Shown here: positions 22,973 through 32,000 of the stretch, in pieces | Layout: each line of letters opens with the position of its first letter | How positions within the stretch are numbered: position 1 is the stretch's first letter | Source of the DNA: Nitrosococcus oceani ATCC 19707 | GTDB lineage: Bacteria > Pseudomonadota > Gammaproteobacteria > Nitrosococcales > Nitrosococcaceae | Direction of reading: 5' to 3' | Length of the DNA stretch: 32,000 nucleotides | Assembly: GCF_000012805.1 (NCBI RefSeq) | Contig: NC_007484.1 | Location: 90,001 to 122,000 of the forward strand | The notes under the pieces: generated by a model | The model's database searches: none | The model's input: only the letters and a program-made list of their open reading frames with translations | What the model was told of the DNA's origin: nothing | Translations under genes and position numbers: made by a program

Positions 22973-23443
22973 CGTATTTCTCCTAAATAGCTTTAATTAG
23001 AATGAATATGCACACCTTTTATAGGTTGTACCTGTTTAAATACGATGCGAGGGGATAGCTTGGATTAGGACAAATCACCCAATTAAGATGTGGATAAATT
23101 CCTTGTAAATTTTTAATTTTTGTGATAATCGATGAGGGCAAAGCAGATCCAAGGGGATAATCAAAACTAGCTTATTTCTATTTCCCCTAATATGGAGCAC
23201 GCTATAGGGTGTTTACCCTGGAATTAGGGCTAGCCAAATAGCCATGACTGCCATTACCATCACGGTAAGAAATAAAAAAAGCGCCGTTAAGGAAAAACTG
23301 GTTATAGGGATAATGAAAGTAATAGTGGGAAAAGCAGATAAAAATTGTGCGAGCACAGAGGCTTATCATTTTCCACGAGCCCCTCTCAGCAGCGCCGGTT
23401 GGGCCTTTGGAAGTCAAGAATGAGAACTGAGTAACGTTGAGTC

Positions 23444-26266
23444 ATGGATGCTACTGTCAAAAAACAAGCAAGCCCTTCCCCATTAAATGCTGCCAATGCC
23501 TCTTATTTGGAGGCGCTGTACGAAAAATTTTTAAAAGATCCTAATACCGTACCCGCCCATTGGCGAATTTGGTTCAAGCGTCTCCAGGCAGGTGTTCCGG
23601 AGCAGGCCGCTCCTGAATTTCCTGCCCGCTCTCCAGGGCCAGCGGTGCAGCCATCAGCACCGTCAGCAGTGATGACCGAGGGGTTAACGGCGGAGGCGGC
23701 TGAAAAACAAATCGCAGTGCTTCAACTCATCAATGCCTACCGTTTCCGGGGCCATCAAAAGGCCAATATCGACCCCTTGCGCATTTATGATCGTCCGGTG
23801 GTTTCCGATCTTGATCCTGTCTTCCATGGTTTGACGGAAGAAGATATGGGCAAAGTCTTCAGTACAGGATCGCTGATTGGGATCGATCAGGCTCCTCTGG
23901 AAGAAATTTTCGCCTTAATAAAGAAGATCTATTGCCATACCATTGGCGCTGAGTATATGCACATCACTGAGACCGCCGAGAAACGCTGGATTCAAAGTTA
24001 TCTGGAGGGAGCCCAGGACGATCCGGGCCCGTCTGTAGAATTACAGCGCCATATTCTGGAGCGGCTTACAGCGGCTGAGGGGCTGGAGCGCTATTTACAC
24101 ACCAATTACGTGGGTCAGAAACGTTTTTCCCTGGAGGGGGGAGATAGTTTGATACCCCTTCTGGATAATTTGATCCTTTATGCAGGTAGTAAGGGGGTGG
24201 GGGAAATCGTCATTGGCATGGCTCACCGGGGACGGTTGAATGTGCTGGTGAATACTTTGGGTAAACTACCCCGTGATTTATTCATGGAGTTTGAGGGCCA
24301 ACATGAAACGGACAACAAACGCTCGGGAGACGTCAAGTATCATTTAGGATTCTCGGCGGACGGGGATACCCCAGGTGGGCCGGTACATATTACCCTGGCG
24401 TTTAACCCCTCCCATTTAGAAATTATTGACCCGGTAGTGGAAGGTTCGGTGCGGGCCCGCCAGCAACGGCGCAAGGATTGGTTAGGCGATGAGGTGATAC
24501 CGGTGCTTATTCACGGAGATTCCGCCTTTGCCGGTCAAGGTGTGGTCATGGAAACCTTTAACATGTCCCAATCCCGGGGATTTTTCACCGGTGGCACCCT
24601 CCATATCGTGATCAACAACCAGATTGGTTTTACCACCAGCAACCCCCTGGATACCCGTTCCACAGTTTACTGCACGGATGTGGCTAAGATGGTACAAGCC
24701 CCAATTTTTCATGTGAATGGGGATGATCCCGAAGCGGTTATCTTTGTTACCCGCTTAGCGCTTGATTACCGCATGACCTTTAAAAAAGATGTGGTGATCG
24801 ATCTGGTGTGCTATCGGCGTCAAGGGCATAACGAAGCGGATGAGCCGGCGGTCACCCAGCCGCTTATGTACCAGAAAATCCGCTCCCATCCTACGGTTCG
24901 CCATCTTTATGCTGAGCGATTGGCAGCGCAAAATATCATTGCATCCGAGGAGGCGGATCGCATGATGAACAATTATCGGCAAACCCTAGAGCAAGGGACC
25001 AATGTGGCGCCTTATGCGGAAGAAGGCGCCCGTTCTTCAAGGGTGAACTGGAAGCCTTTTTTGGGAACCCAATGGGATCAGCCGGTAGAAACCGAAGTGC
25101 CTTTGCCGCGGCTCCAAGAGCTTGCGGCCCATATCCAACAGCTTCCCAAAGGGTTTGAGCTTCACTCCCGGGTAGGTCATATTTTGGCCGATCGCCGTAA
25201 AATGGCTGCGGGGGCCTTGCCTATCGATTGGGGATTTGCGGAGACTCTGGCCTACGCTACTTTGTTAAATGAGGGGTTCTCGGTCCGGCTCACGGGTCAA
25301 GACAGTGGCCGCGGCACTTTTTTCCATCGCCATGCCGTGCTTTATAATCAGAAAGACGGCCAGGTCTATGTCCCCTTGGAGCAGGTAAACCCCGTGCAAA
25401 CGGATTTTAGTATTATTGACTCCCTCCTCTCGGAAGAAGCGGTATTGGCCTTTGAATATGGGTACGCCGCCACGGAGCCCAATACCTTAGTGATCTGGGA
25501 GGCGCAGTTTGGGGATTTTGTCAATGGTGCTCAAGTTGTCATTGACCAGTTTCTTGCTTCCGGGGAAGCAAAATGGTCCCGCTTGTGCGGGTTGGTACTG
25601 TTTCTTCCCCATGGCTATGAAGGCCAGGGGCCGGAACATTCTTCGGCCCGGTTAGAGCGTTTTCTACAGCTTTGTGCGGAAGATAATATCCAGGTCTGCG
25701 TACCGACCACACCGGGGCAAATGTTTCATATGCTACGGCGGCAAATGCTGCGGCCTTACCGCAAACCTCTCGTTGTGATGACGCCAAAGAGTTTATTGCG
25801 CCACCGGCTTTCGGTCTCATCCTTGGATGAGTTCTGCAGCGGCGCTTTTCGGTTAGTGATCGGTGAAGTAGATGATATTAAGCCTGCCATGGTGAATCGC
25901 GTTATTCTGTGTGCTGGCAAAGTATACTATGATTTGCTGCAAGCTCGGCGGGAGCAGAAACGGCAAGATGTGGCCATTCTCCGTTTGGAACAGCTCTATC
26001 CGTTTCCCCAGCAGCAATTAGAGAGAGAGCTTGAACGTTACCGCAAGGCCAGGGAGATTGTCTGGTGTCAAGAAGAACCTCAAAACCAAGGAGCATGGGA
26101 TCAACTTCATCGTCCTTTGCAAGGATGTTTGAGTCGAAACCAGTCCTTGCATTACACAGGCCGGGCCTCGTCGGCGGCACCCGCGGTGGGTTACTTTAAC
26201 TTGCATCTTGAACAGCAGCGTGCGGTGGTAGAAGAGGCTTTTGGTTCGATGAAAGAGAGCCAGTAA
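23444..26266 (+). CDS. sucA: 2-oxoglutarate dehydrogenase E1 component
   Basis: N-terminal ASYLEALYEKFLKDPNTVPAHWR. The ThDP fold is shown by HGDSAFAGQGVVMETFN, GGTLHIVINNQIGFTT and FHVNGDDPEA. The 940-aa length is typical. Confidence 0.96.
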   Translation: MDATVKKQASPSPLNAANASYLEALYEKFLKDPNTVPAHWRIWFKRLQAGVPEQAAPEFPARSPGPAVQPSAPSAVMTEGLTAEAAEKQIAVLQLINAYRFRGHQKANIDPLRIYDRPVVSDLDPVFHGLTEEDMGKVFSTGSLIGIDQAPLEEIFALIKKIYCHTIGAEYMHITETAEKRWIQSYLEGAQDDPGPSVELQRHILERLTAAEGLERYLHTNYVGQKRFSLEGGDSLIPLLDNLILYAGSKGVGEIVIGMAHRGRLNVLVNTLGKLPRDLFMEFEGQHETDNKRSGDVKYHLGFSADGDTPGGPVHITLAFNPSHLEIIDPVVEGSVRARQQRRKDWLGDEVIPVLIHGDSAFAGQGVVMETFNMSQSRGFFTGGTLHIVINNQIGFTTSNPLDTRSTVYCTDVAKMVQAPIFHVNGDDPEAVIFVTRLALDYRMTFKKDVVIDLVCYRRQGHNEADEPAVTQPLMYQKIRSHPTVRHLYAERLAAQNIIASEEADRMMNNYRQTLEQGTNVAPYAEEGARSSRVNWKPFLGTQWDQPVETEVPLPRLQELAAHIQQLPKGFELHSRVGHILADRRKMAAGALPIDWGFAETLAYATLLNEGFSVRLTGQDSGRGTFFHRHAVLYNQKDGQVYVPLEQVNPVQTDFSIIDSLLSEEAVLAFEYGYAATEPNTLVIWEAQFGDFVNGAQVVIDQFLASGEAKWSRLCGLVLFLPHGYEGQGPEHSSARLERFLQLCAEDNIQVCVPTTPGQMFHMLRRQMLRPYRKPLVVMTPKSLLRHRLSVSSLDEFCSGAFRLVIGEVDDIKPAMVNRVILCAGKVYYDLLQARREQKRQDVAILRLEQLYPFPQQQLERELERYRKAREIVWCQEEPQNQGAWDQLHRPLQGCLSRNQSLHYTGRASSAAPAVGYFNLHLEQQRAVVEEAFGSMKESQ

Positions 26267-26281
26267 AAGGAGAGCATATTC

Positions 26282-27589
26282 ATGGGGACAGAGGTGCGCG
26301 TACCCAGATTACCCGAATCGGTGACTGAAGCAGTCGTAGGGGATTGGCATAAAAAGCCTGGTGACCGCGTCCAGCGGGATGAAACTTTGCTGGACCTTGA
26401 GACCGACAAAGTAGTGCTGGATGTCCCTTCTCCCGGCGCTGGAGTTTTGCGGGAAGTAAAAAAGGAGAAGGGCGCTACCGTAGGCAGCGAAGAGGTGCTT
26501 GGAATAATTGAGGCCGCCGGGGAAGCGGAGGAAGAAACTGCACAGGAATCTTCCCCGAAGTCGACGCCTTCCAAGCAAGCCCCGGAGAGTAAAACGCAGG
26601 CTACGGAAAAAAAGAAAACAAGGGCTGATTCCCCAGAGACGGCGTTCCCTTCTAAAGAGACTGAGGCGGAGAAAATGCCGCCCTTAAGCCCTGCGGTTCG
26701 CCGCTTGGTTAGGGAGCATCAGCTCGATCCGCGGGGGATTCCTGCCACCGGTAGAGATGGCCGTTTGACTAAGGCCGATGTGGTTCAGTTTCTCCAAGCG
26801 GAAGAAGAGCAAGAGCCGGCGGCTACGCCTCCCCCCACCGAACCCGAGGCACCCGAGACAAAACCGGCTCCAGCACCGAGAGAAGAAGGTTATGGCGTTC
26901 GGCGAGAGGCCATGAGCCGGTTGCGGCAACGGATTGCCGAGCGGATGCTGGAATCTCAGCAGACTACGGCTACCTTGTCTACCTTTAACGAGGTGAACAT
27001 GCAAGGGATAATGGAACTGCGCCACCGTTATCGGGATGCTTTTGAAGAGCGGTATGGGGTACGACTGGGTTTTATGTCCTTTTTTATTAAGGCCTGTATC
27101 GAAGCTTTCAAACGTTACCCCGTAGTGAACGCCGCTGTCCAGGACGATGATATTTTATATTACCATTATTACCATATCGGTATTGCGGTGGCGACGCCCC
27201 GCGGTTTAGTGGTTCCCGTGCTGCGGGATGCGGATCAGCTCAGTTTCGCTGATATCGAACTCCAAATCATGGATTTTGCCGAGCGGGCGCGCAGTGGACG
27301 GCTCACGATTGAGGAGTTGAGCGGTGGCACTTTCACCATTACTAATGGTGGGGTATTTGGTTCCCTGCTCTCCACTCCTATCCTGAACCCGCCCCAAAGC
27401 GCTATTCTTGGGATGCACAAGATTGAAGATCGGCCAGTAGCGGAAAATGGCGAGGTTAAAATCCGTCCGATGATGTACGTGGCGCTCTCCTATGATCATC
27501 GCCTTATTGATGGCAAGGGAGCCGTTCAATTTTTAGTGGCAGTCAAAGAGGCTCTAGAAGATCCTGTGCGGTTATTGCTTGAGGTGTGA
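26282..27589 (+). CDS. sucB: Dihydrolipoyllysine-residue succinyltransferase (E2o)
   Basis: The lipoyl domain has [13 protein letters not shown]. An Ala/Pro/Glu linker and a PSBD ([14 protein letters not shown]) follow. The catalytic SYDHRLIDG motif is present. Confidence 0.95.
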   Translation: MGTEVRVPRLPESVTEAVVGDWHKKPGDRVQRDETLLDLETDKVVLDVPSPGAGVLREVKKEKGATVGSEEVLGIIEAAGEAEEETAQESSPKSTPSKQAPESKTQATEKKKTRADSPETAFPSKETEAEKMPPLSPAVRRLVREHQLDPRGIPATGRDGRLTKADVVQFLQAEEEQEPAATPPPTEPEAPETKPAPAPREEGYGVRREAMSRLRQRIAERMLESQQTTATLSTFNEVNMQGIMELRHRYRDAFEERYGVRLGFMSFFIKACIEAFKRYPVVNAAVQDDDILYYHYYHIGIAVATPRGLVVPVLRDADQLSFADIELQIMDFAERARSGRLTIEELSGGTFTITNGGVFGSLLSTPILNPPQSAILGMHKIEDRPVAENGEVKIRPMMYVALSYDHRLIDGKGAVQFLVAVKEALEDPVRLLLEV

Positions 27590-27610
27590 TGGGTATAGGA
27601 CGTTTATCTT

Positions 27611-29053
27611 ATGTCTGAACGCTACGATGTTGTGATCATTGGCGCTGGGCCGGCTGGTTATACGGCGGCTATCCGGTGCGCTCAGCTTGGTTTGCAGACT
27701 GCTTGTATCGACAAGTGGATCGCTGCCGATGGCAGACCTGCTTTAGGAGGCACCTGTCTTAATGCAGGCTGCATCTCTTCCAAAGCCTTGCTGGACTCCT
27801 CGGAACTTTATCAACGGGCGCAAAAGGAGTTTGCCGAACATGGAATCAAGGTCGAGCAAGCCGGTGTGGATGTGACGGCGATGCAGGCCCGCAAGGACCG
27901 TCTGGTGCATCGTCTCACAGCAAATATCGCTGCGCTATTCGAGGACCGCCAGATCAAATGGCTTCCGGGGCATGGGCGGTTATTGGAAGATAATCGGGTG
28001 GAATTCACGCCCCATGGATTAGATCGTCCGGAGATACTGGCGGCGAAGAGCGTTGTTTTAGCCAGTGGTTCCCAGCCTATGGAACTAGGCGCGGCGCCCA
28101 TTGATGGAGAGCGGGTGGTGGATTCCACGGGGGCCTTGTCATTCCAGGAAGTTCCTCAGCGTTTGGGAATTATTGGTGCTGGAGTCATTGGGGTAGAGCT
28201 AGGCAGTGTCTGGACCCGTCTAGGGGCAAAAGTGACTTTGCTTGAAGCTCAGGATACTCTTTTGCCAATGGCGGATATCACCATTTCCCAAGAAGCTTAT
28301 AAGCAATTTAAAGACCAAGGGCTGGATATCCGTTTAGGTGCCCGCGTCGTTTCCACCCGCGTTAGCTCGAAGCAAGTGACTGTATGCTATCGGATCGGCG
28401 AAAAGGAGTATGAACTTGAGGTGGATAAGCTGGTCGTCGCCGTAGGGCGGCAGCCTTGTTTGGATAACCTTTTTGCCCTGGAAGCGGGTCTGTTATTGGA
28501 TGAAAGGGGTTTCATCCATGTAGATGAGTATGGTACCACGAATCTCCCTGGGGTCTATGCGGTAGGAGATGTAGTGCGGGGTCCCATGCTAGCCCACAAG
28601 GGTTCCCAGGAAGGAATCGCGGTGGCAGAGACTATCGCCGAGGGTAAAAAAACCGCGGTGAAACGGAATAGCATCCCCTGGGTGATCTACACAGAGCCTG
28701 AAATCGCCTGGGCGGGACGTACCGAACAAGCTTTACGAGATGCCGATATTGATGTGCGCGTAGGCACCTTCTATTTTGCCGACTCTGCCCGTGCTAACGT
28801 AATGAGCGGCAGCAAAGGCTTGGTCAAAATAATAGCGGATGCCATGACCGATCAGATTCTAGGGGTCCACATTATTGGACCTTGGGCCTCGGAGCTGATT
28901 GCCGAAGCTGTGTTGGCCATGGAATTTGCTGCTAGCAGCGAAGATTTAGCGCGGACCATTCATGCCTATCCCAGCCTGGCGGAAGCATTACACGAAGCAG
29001 CCTTAGATGTGGATAATCGCGCCATTCATAAGATAGGGCGGAAAAAAGAATAA
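27611..29053 (+). CDS. lpdA: Dihydrolipoyl dehydrogenase (E3)
   Basis: GAGPAGY is the FAD motif. GGTCLNAGCISSK is the redox-active disulfide. GAGVIGVELG is the NAD motif, and the C-terminal HAYPSLAEA carries the interface His. Confidence 0.95.
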   Translation: MSERYDVVIIGAGPAGYTAAIRCAQLGLQTACIDKWIAADGRPALGGTCLNAGCISSKALLDSSELYQRAQKEFAEHGIKVEQAGVDVTAMQARKDRLVHRLTANIAALFEDRQIKWLPGHGRLLEDNRVEFTPHGLDRPEILAAKSVVLASGSQPMELGAAPIDGERVVDSTGALSFQEVPQRLGIIGAGVIGVELGSVWTRLGAKVTLLEAQDTLLPMADITISQEAYKQFKDQGLDIRLGARVVSTRVSSKQVTVCYRIGEKEYELEVDKLVVAVGRQPCLDNLFALEAGLLLDERGFIHVDEYGTTNLPGVYAVGDVVRGPMLAHKGSQEGIAVAETIAEGKKTAVKRNSIPWVIYTEPEIAWAGRTEQALRDADIDVRVGTFYFADSARANVMSGSKGLVKIIADAMTDQILGVHIIGPWASELIAEAVLAMEFAASSEDLARTIHAYPSLAEALHEAALDVDNRAIHKIGRKKE

Positions 29054-29055
29054 GC

Positions 29056-29087
29056 TCTTTGAGCAGGAGATATCTCCTGCTCAAAGA
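29056..29087 (+). terminator. Perfect 32-nt palindrome 3 nt after the lpdA stop
   Basis: TCTTTGAGCAGGAGATATCTCCTGCTCAAAGA is self-complementary over all 32 nt. No U-tract follows. Confidence 0.55.
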
Positions 29088-29409
29088 AATACAAGTTACC
29101 CCTTGGGGCAGGAAGCATGCTATATTTTTTGAAGGTTATTTGTTAAATATCTTTCATTGAAGGAGTGCATGGACGCATGACGCCCCTAGCGTTCGATGCG
29201 CCATTTTACCATGAATTGGCGCTAGTATGCGCTTGCTCACGGAACCTAGGGTCGGGAGCACCCGATGTGAAAGCGCGAGGAGCAGTTAACCAACGGAGGT
29301 CAAGGAAACCCCTTCGCCGAAGGCTGCGAGGAACCGCGAATTCTCTAGGCTGATAAAGTTTTGTAGGAACAAAATAATTGCTATTAGTCATGGCGAAACT
29401 CCAGTGGAA

Positions 29410-30861
29410 TTACTCCACAAGCGTCAGATTGCTAGGTACTCTGTCTGGAATATCACCGCGCAAATCGAGACTGATAGGATCCGTTAAAGCATGAAGGAAT
29501 GCCAGCAGATGCTTTACCTCATCATCGCTTAACTCCCTTGTGGGGAGTGTGTTAGCAGCAGCAATCAGGTTAACCTTAGCGCTATCGTTTTGTACTAGGC
29601 AATCGAAAAAATCTAAATCCTCACGATAAGGTAGTTGGGCCTCCCTTAGGCATGAGTAAGTGAGAAGGGAACTCACTGGATCTAGGTGATGGCGAACCAC
29701 AGCTTCCAAGGTATTGTAGGTGCCATCATGCCCCCAGGGGCCTGTAAGCGCCACATTTCGAAGCGGGGGGGTGCGAAACTTATAGCGATCAGCGGGATCG
29801 TGAGTAACCCGCTCCCGTCCAAAATCCTCATGACCTTCAGCGCCATCTCCTTTGCCCGGACCAATCTGGGGCATTGCAATGGCATGATATTGCATATCGG
29901 TTTGAAAAACTCCGCTGTGGCATTGAGAGCAACCTGCCTTCCCATAGAAGAGGCTCATTCCTTGAATGGATTCTCTGCTCATTGCCTCTTTATCGCCGCG
30001 CAGGTAGCGATCAAAAGGGCTATGATCCGCTCGCCATGCCGCTGCCTCAAAAGCCGCAATAGCGTTGGCGGCATGAGCATAGGTAATTTGCTCAGGGGTC
30101 AGGGCAAAAGCTTGGTTAAACAGTTGAGCATACTCTTCGTTAGCTTTTAACCGATTCGCGAGCTGTTCCCAAACACCCCCGGGTCCTGCTAAATTGCCAG
30201 CTTCTGCCGCATCGGCAATAGGATTTTCCCCTGGTTGCCCTGCCATTTCTGAATTGGAAGTGACTGGAAACATAGCTTGAGCAGCCAACACATTTTCTAG
30301 AACTCCAATAGGTAACTCATCCCCTGCCGGGGTATTGAACCCGCTGGGTGCTAAGGAATCTACTTCTGCCCGGCCATCGTAAAACATCACGGTCATGTGT
30401 TTGGCGCCTACATTAAAAAGCGGAGGTGCATTCCGGGGAACGCGCTCGTAAATAGCCTCATTCCCGAAACCCGTATTTCGGGTAATTCCTAGTCCTCGTC
30501 CCCCTTCCCCCACGGACAAGGAAAGACCATCGCCGGTAGCAGCCAAGGGGTGATGGCAGGTGGCGCAGGAGATATTTTGATTGCCGCTTAAGATCTTGTC
30601 GAAAAAAAGGAATTTACCTAACTGGAACTTCGCAGGATCAGGCCTACCATGATCGTAAAAATCAGAGTCAGTCGCAGGGAGAGGCAAACGATAATTAGCA
30701 CCAGAGTAGGCTAGGTTATTTGCTGACAAATATGAAAATAAGGTTAAATGGCCGTGAGAATTGGGGCCGTTTGTAGGGATAGATGGCTCCTGATTGGCCA
30801 CTGCATAGAGGGGTATACCTGCTAATAATAAGCAGAAAGGCAAGATAGTTTTCTTTCGCAT
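29410..30861 (-). CDS. Di-haem cytochrome c peroxidase family protein (CCP/MauG superfamily)
   Basis: The signal peptide is MRKKTILPFCLLLAGIPLYAVA. Two CXXCH motifs are present (CATCH, CSQCH). FRTPPLRNVALTGPWGHDG is typical of the family. Confidence 0.88.
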   Translation of the reverse strand: MRKKTILPFCLLLAGIPLYAVANQEPSIPTNGPNSHGHLTLFSYLSANNLAYSGANYRLPLPATDSDFYDHGRPDPAKFQLGKFLFFDKILSGNQNISCATCHHPLAATGDGLSLSVGEGGRGLGITRNTGFGNEAIYERVPRNAPPLFNVGAKHMTVMFYDGRAEVDSLAPSGFNTPAGDELPIGVLENVLAAQAMFPVTSNSEMAGQPGENPIADAAEAGNLAGPGGVWEQLANRLKANEEYAQLFNQAFALTPEQITYAHAANAIAAFEAAAWRADHSPFDRYLRGDKEAMSRESIQGMSLFYGKAGCSQCHSGVFQTDMQYHAIAMPQIGPGKGDGAEGHEDFGRERVTHDPADRYKFRTPPLRNVALTGPWGHDGTYNTLEAVVRHHLDPVSSLLTYSCLREAQLPYREDLDFFDCLVQNDSAKVNLIAAANTLPTRELSDDEVKHLLAFLHALTDPISLDLRGDIPDRVPSNLTLVE

Positions 30862-31066
30862 GGTATTTCTTCCGTAGCTAAATTCTTTCTCTAGAAAATA
30901 ACTTCTTAGACGGTCACTTCTAGGATAAGGATAGGATAGAGCAAAAGAAAAAAGTAGGATTTACCGCACAAATCAACAGATAAGAGAGATTATAGGGATA
31001 TTAATATTTAAAGGCGGACTGAAATAATCGAGTGGGCTCTCCTGTTTGCCAGATGTAAAAAATGCT

Positions 31067-32000
31067 TCATCCCAGCAGCGTATCTTCGGCTTTAGCTAAG
31101 CCGGTTTGTACACGCCACTGGGCAGCATAGCGGCCATTAGCTTCAAGCAGCTCAGCATGGGTACCATGTTCGATGACCCGACCTTGATGAATCACTACGA
31201 TCCGGTCGGCGTATACGATGGTTGATAGTCGGTGGGCGATCATAATCACCGTTCGGTCATGGCCAATACGCTGAAGTGAACGCTGGATAGCTGCCTCGGT
31301 TTCATTATCGACGGCGCTGGTAGCCTCATCCAGCACCAGGATGGGCGGATTTTTAATTAAAGCCCGGGCCAAGGACAAGCGCTGGCGCTGACCGCCAGAG
31401 AGGCGCACGCCGCGCTCACCCACCGGGGTATCTAGCCCCTGCGGCAGCGCATGGATGAAGTTCCAAGCTTCGGCAGTGATAGCAGCCTTGATGATCGACT
31501 CCTCGTCGGCATCGGGACGTCCGTAGGCGATATTGTTGCGGATACTGCCTTCAAACAGATAAACCTCTTGGCTAACTAGGCCGATGGCTTGGCGCAGAGA
31601 GTATAAACTGATCTCCCTAACCGGCTGGCCATCAATGCATACTTGTCCCTCATGGGGATCATAGAAACGCAGTAGTAGCTTGATCAGGGTCGATTTGCCT
31701 GATCCCGTTGCCCCCACTAGGGCCAAGGTACTGCCCCCTGGCACAGATAGATTGATGTTCTCCACGCCGGCACCGCTGCTCGCGTAACGAAAGCTAACGC
31801 CCTGGAAGTGGACTTCCCCGCGAACTGGGGTCGCAAGAGAGCGATTGCTGACATCCTGCACTTCTACTGTTACTTCCAGTAGATCGAGAATGCGCCGTGT
31901 GCTGGCCATGGCCCGCTCGAAAAGATCAATAACCTCGGCCAAGCCGGTTAGCGGCCACAGCAGACGTTGCGTTAGAAACACTAGGACGCCATAGGCACCT
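31067..32000 (-). CDS. ABC exporter, fused permease/ATPase (MsbA-like), 3' part; the 5' end lies outside the window
   Basis: Walker A is GATGSGKST, the signature is LSGGQRQR, Walker B is ILVLDEATSAVD and the H-loop is IAHRLST. The frame stays open to position 32000 (GAYGVLVFLTQRLLWP...), so the ORF-track start at 31981 is internal. Confidence 0.9.
   Translation of the reverse strand, partial: GAYGVLVFLTQRLLWPLTGLAEVIDLFERAMASTRRILDLLEVTVEVQDVSNRSLATPVRGEVHFQGVSFRYASSGAGVENINLSVPGGSTLALVGATGSGKSTLIKLLLRFYDPHEGQVCIDGQPVREISLYSLRQAIGLVSQEVYLFEGSIRNNIAYGRPDADEESIIKAAITAEAWNFIHALPQGLDTPVGERGVRLSGGQRQRLSLARALIKNPPILVLDEATSAVDNETEAAIQRSLQRIGHDRTVIMIAHRLSTIVYADRIVVIHQGRVIEHGTHAELLEANGRYAAQWRVQTGLAKAEDTLLG

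Noticed and set aside
23202-23417. 71-codon minus-strand ORF upstream of sucA
   Set aside because: It has no RBS and lies in the divergent promoter region. Its composition is low-complexity.
26191-27529. Minus-strand ORFs within sucB
   Set aside because: They lie antisense to the Ala/Pro/Glu-rich linker and catalytic domain of an unambiguous E2 gene.
29165-29391. Two overlapping antisense ORFs (29165-29353 +, 29206-29391 -)
   Set aside because: Neither has an RBS or a recognisable motif. I treat the region as non-coding with possible structure (see the finding).
30925-30945. GGATA micro-repeat (AGGATAAGGATAGGATAG) upstream of the peroxidase gene
   Set aside because: It is very short and imperfect. 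It could be a promoter-region quirk, and I have no evidence of function.
1-32000. CRISPR arrays, tRNA, rRNA, tmRNA, RNase P, SRP and 6S RNA
   Set aside because: I scanned all intergenic regions above 100 bp by eye. I found no regularly spaced direct repeats, no cloverleaf-compatible GTTCRANYC-type T-loops with an acceptor stem, and no similarity to the conserved cores of these RNAs as I remember them.

Overview
The window has two parts.

**(A) 1-8356: compositional mosaic of accessory genes.** GC ranges from about 38% to about 57%. All intact genes and most gene fragments lie on the + strand; the two DDE/IS630 transposase remnants lie on the - strand.
- Most genes are followed by a 50-75 nt imperfect inverted repeat that starts with a YTAAC(A) box, often containing the stop codon. 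In the best copies the repeat ends in GTTRRRY.
- I read this as the distal end of an integron-type gene-cassette array. The integrase would lie upstream of the window.
- Cargo with intact reading frames: a SIMPL protein, a copper nitrite reductase (nirK) with all Cu ligands present, a ZIP metal transporter, a budC-like acetoin reductase, an FMN reductase, a VOC/glyoxalase protein and a DUF2283 antitoxin-like gene.
- Debris: a truncated vapC, a split HUH/Y1 transposase-like gene, a frameshifted glyoxalase, a decayed DUF4258 toxin, and DDE and IS630 transposase remnants.

**(B) 8555-32000: ordinary core chromosome at about 50-55% GC.**
- It encodes a DUF4912-GH57-glgA alpha-glucan module and a membrane-anchored GltB-domain-2 FMN protein.
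- It also encodes a CBS protein, an extended DUF3579 protein, a YdjM-like hydrolase, DUF924, an NDUFA9-like SDR, MscS and a formate/nitrite-family channel.
- The remaining genes are an orphan secreted protein, the sucA-sucB-lpdA 2-oxoglutarate dehydrogenase operon, a di-haem cytochrome c peroxidase and the 3' part of an ABC exporter.

Gene content and order remind me of Nitrosococcus (a gammaproteobacterial ammonia oxidiser). That is recollection only and was not verified. I found no rRNA, tRNA or CRISPR array. All family assignments rest on motifs read from the translations, not on database searches.
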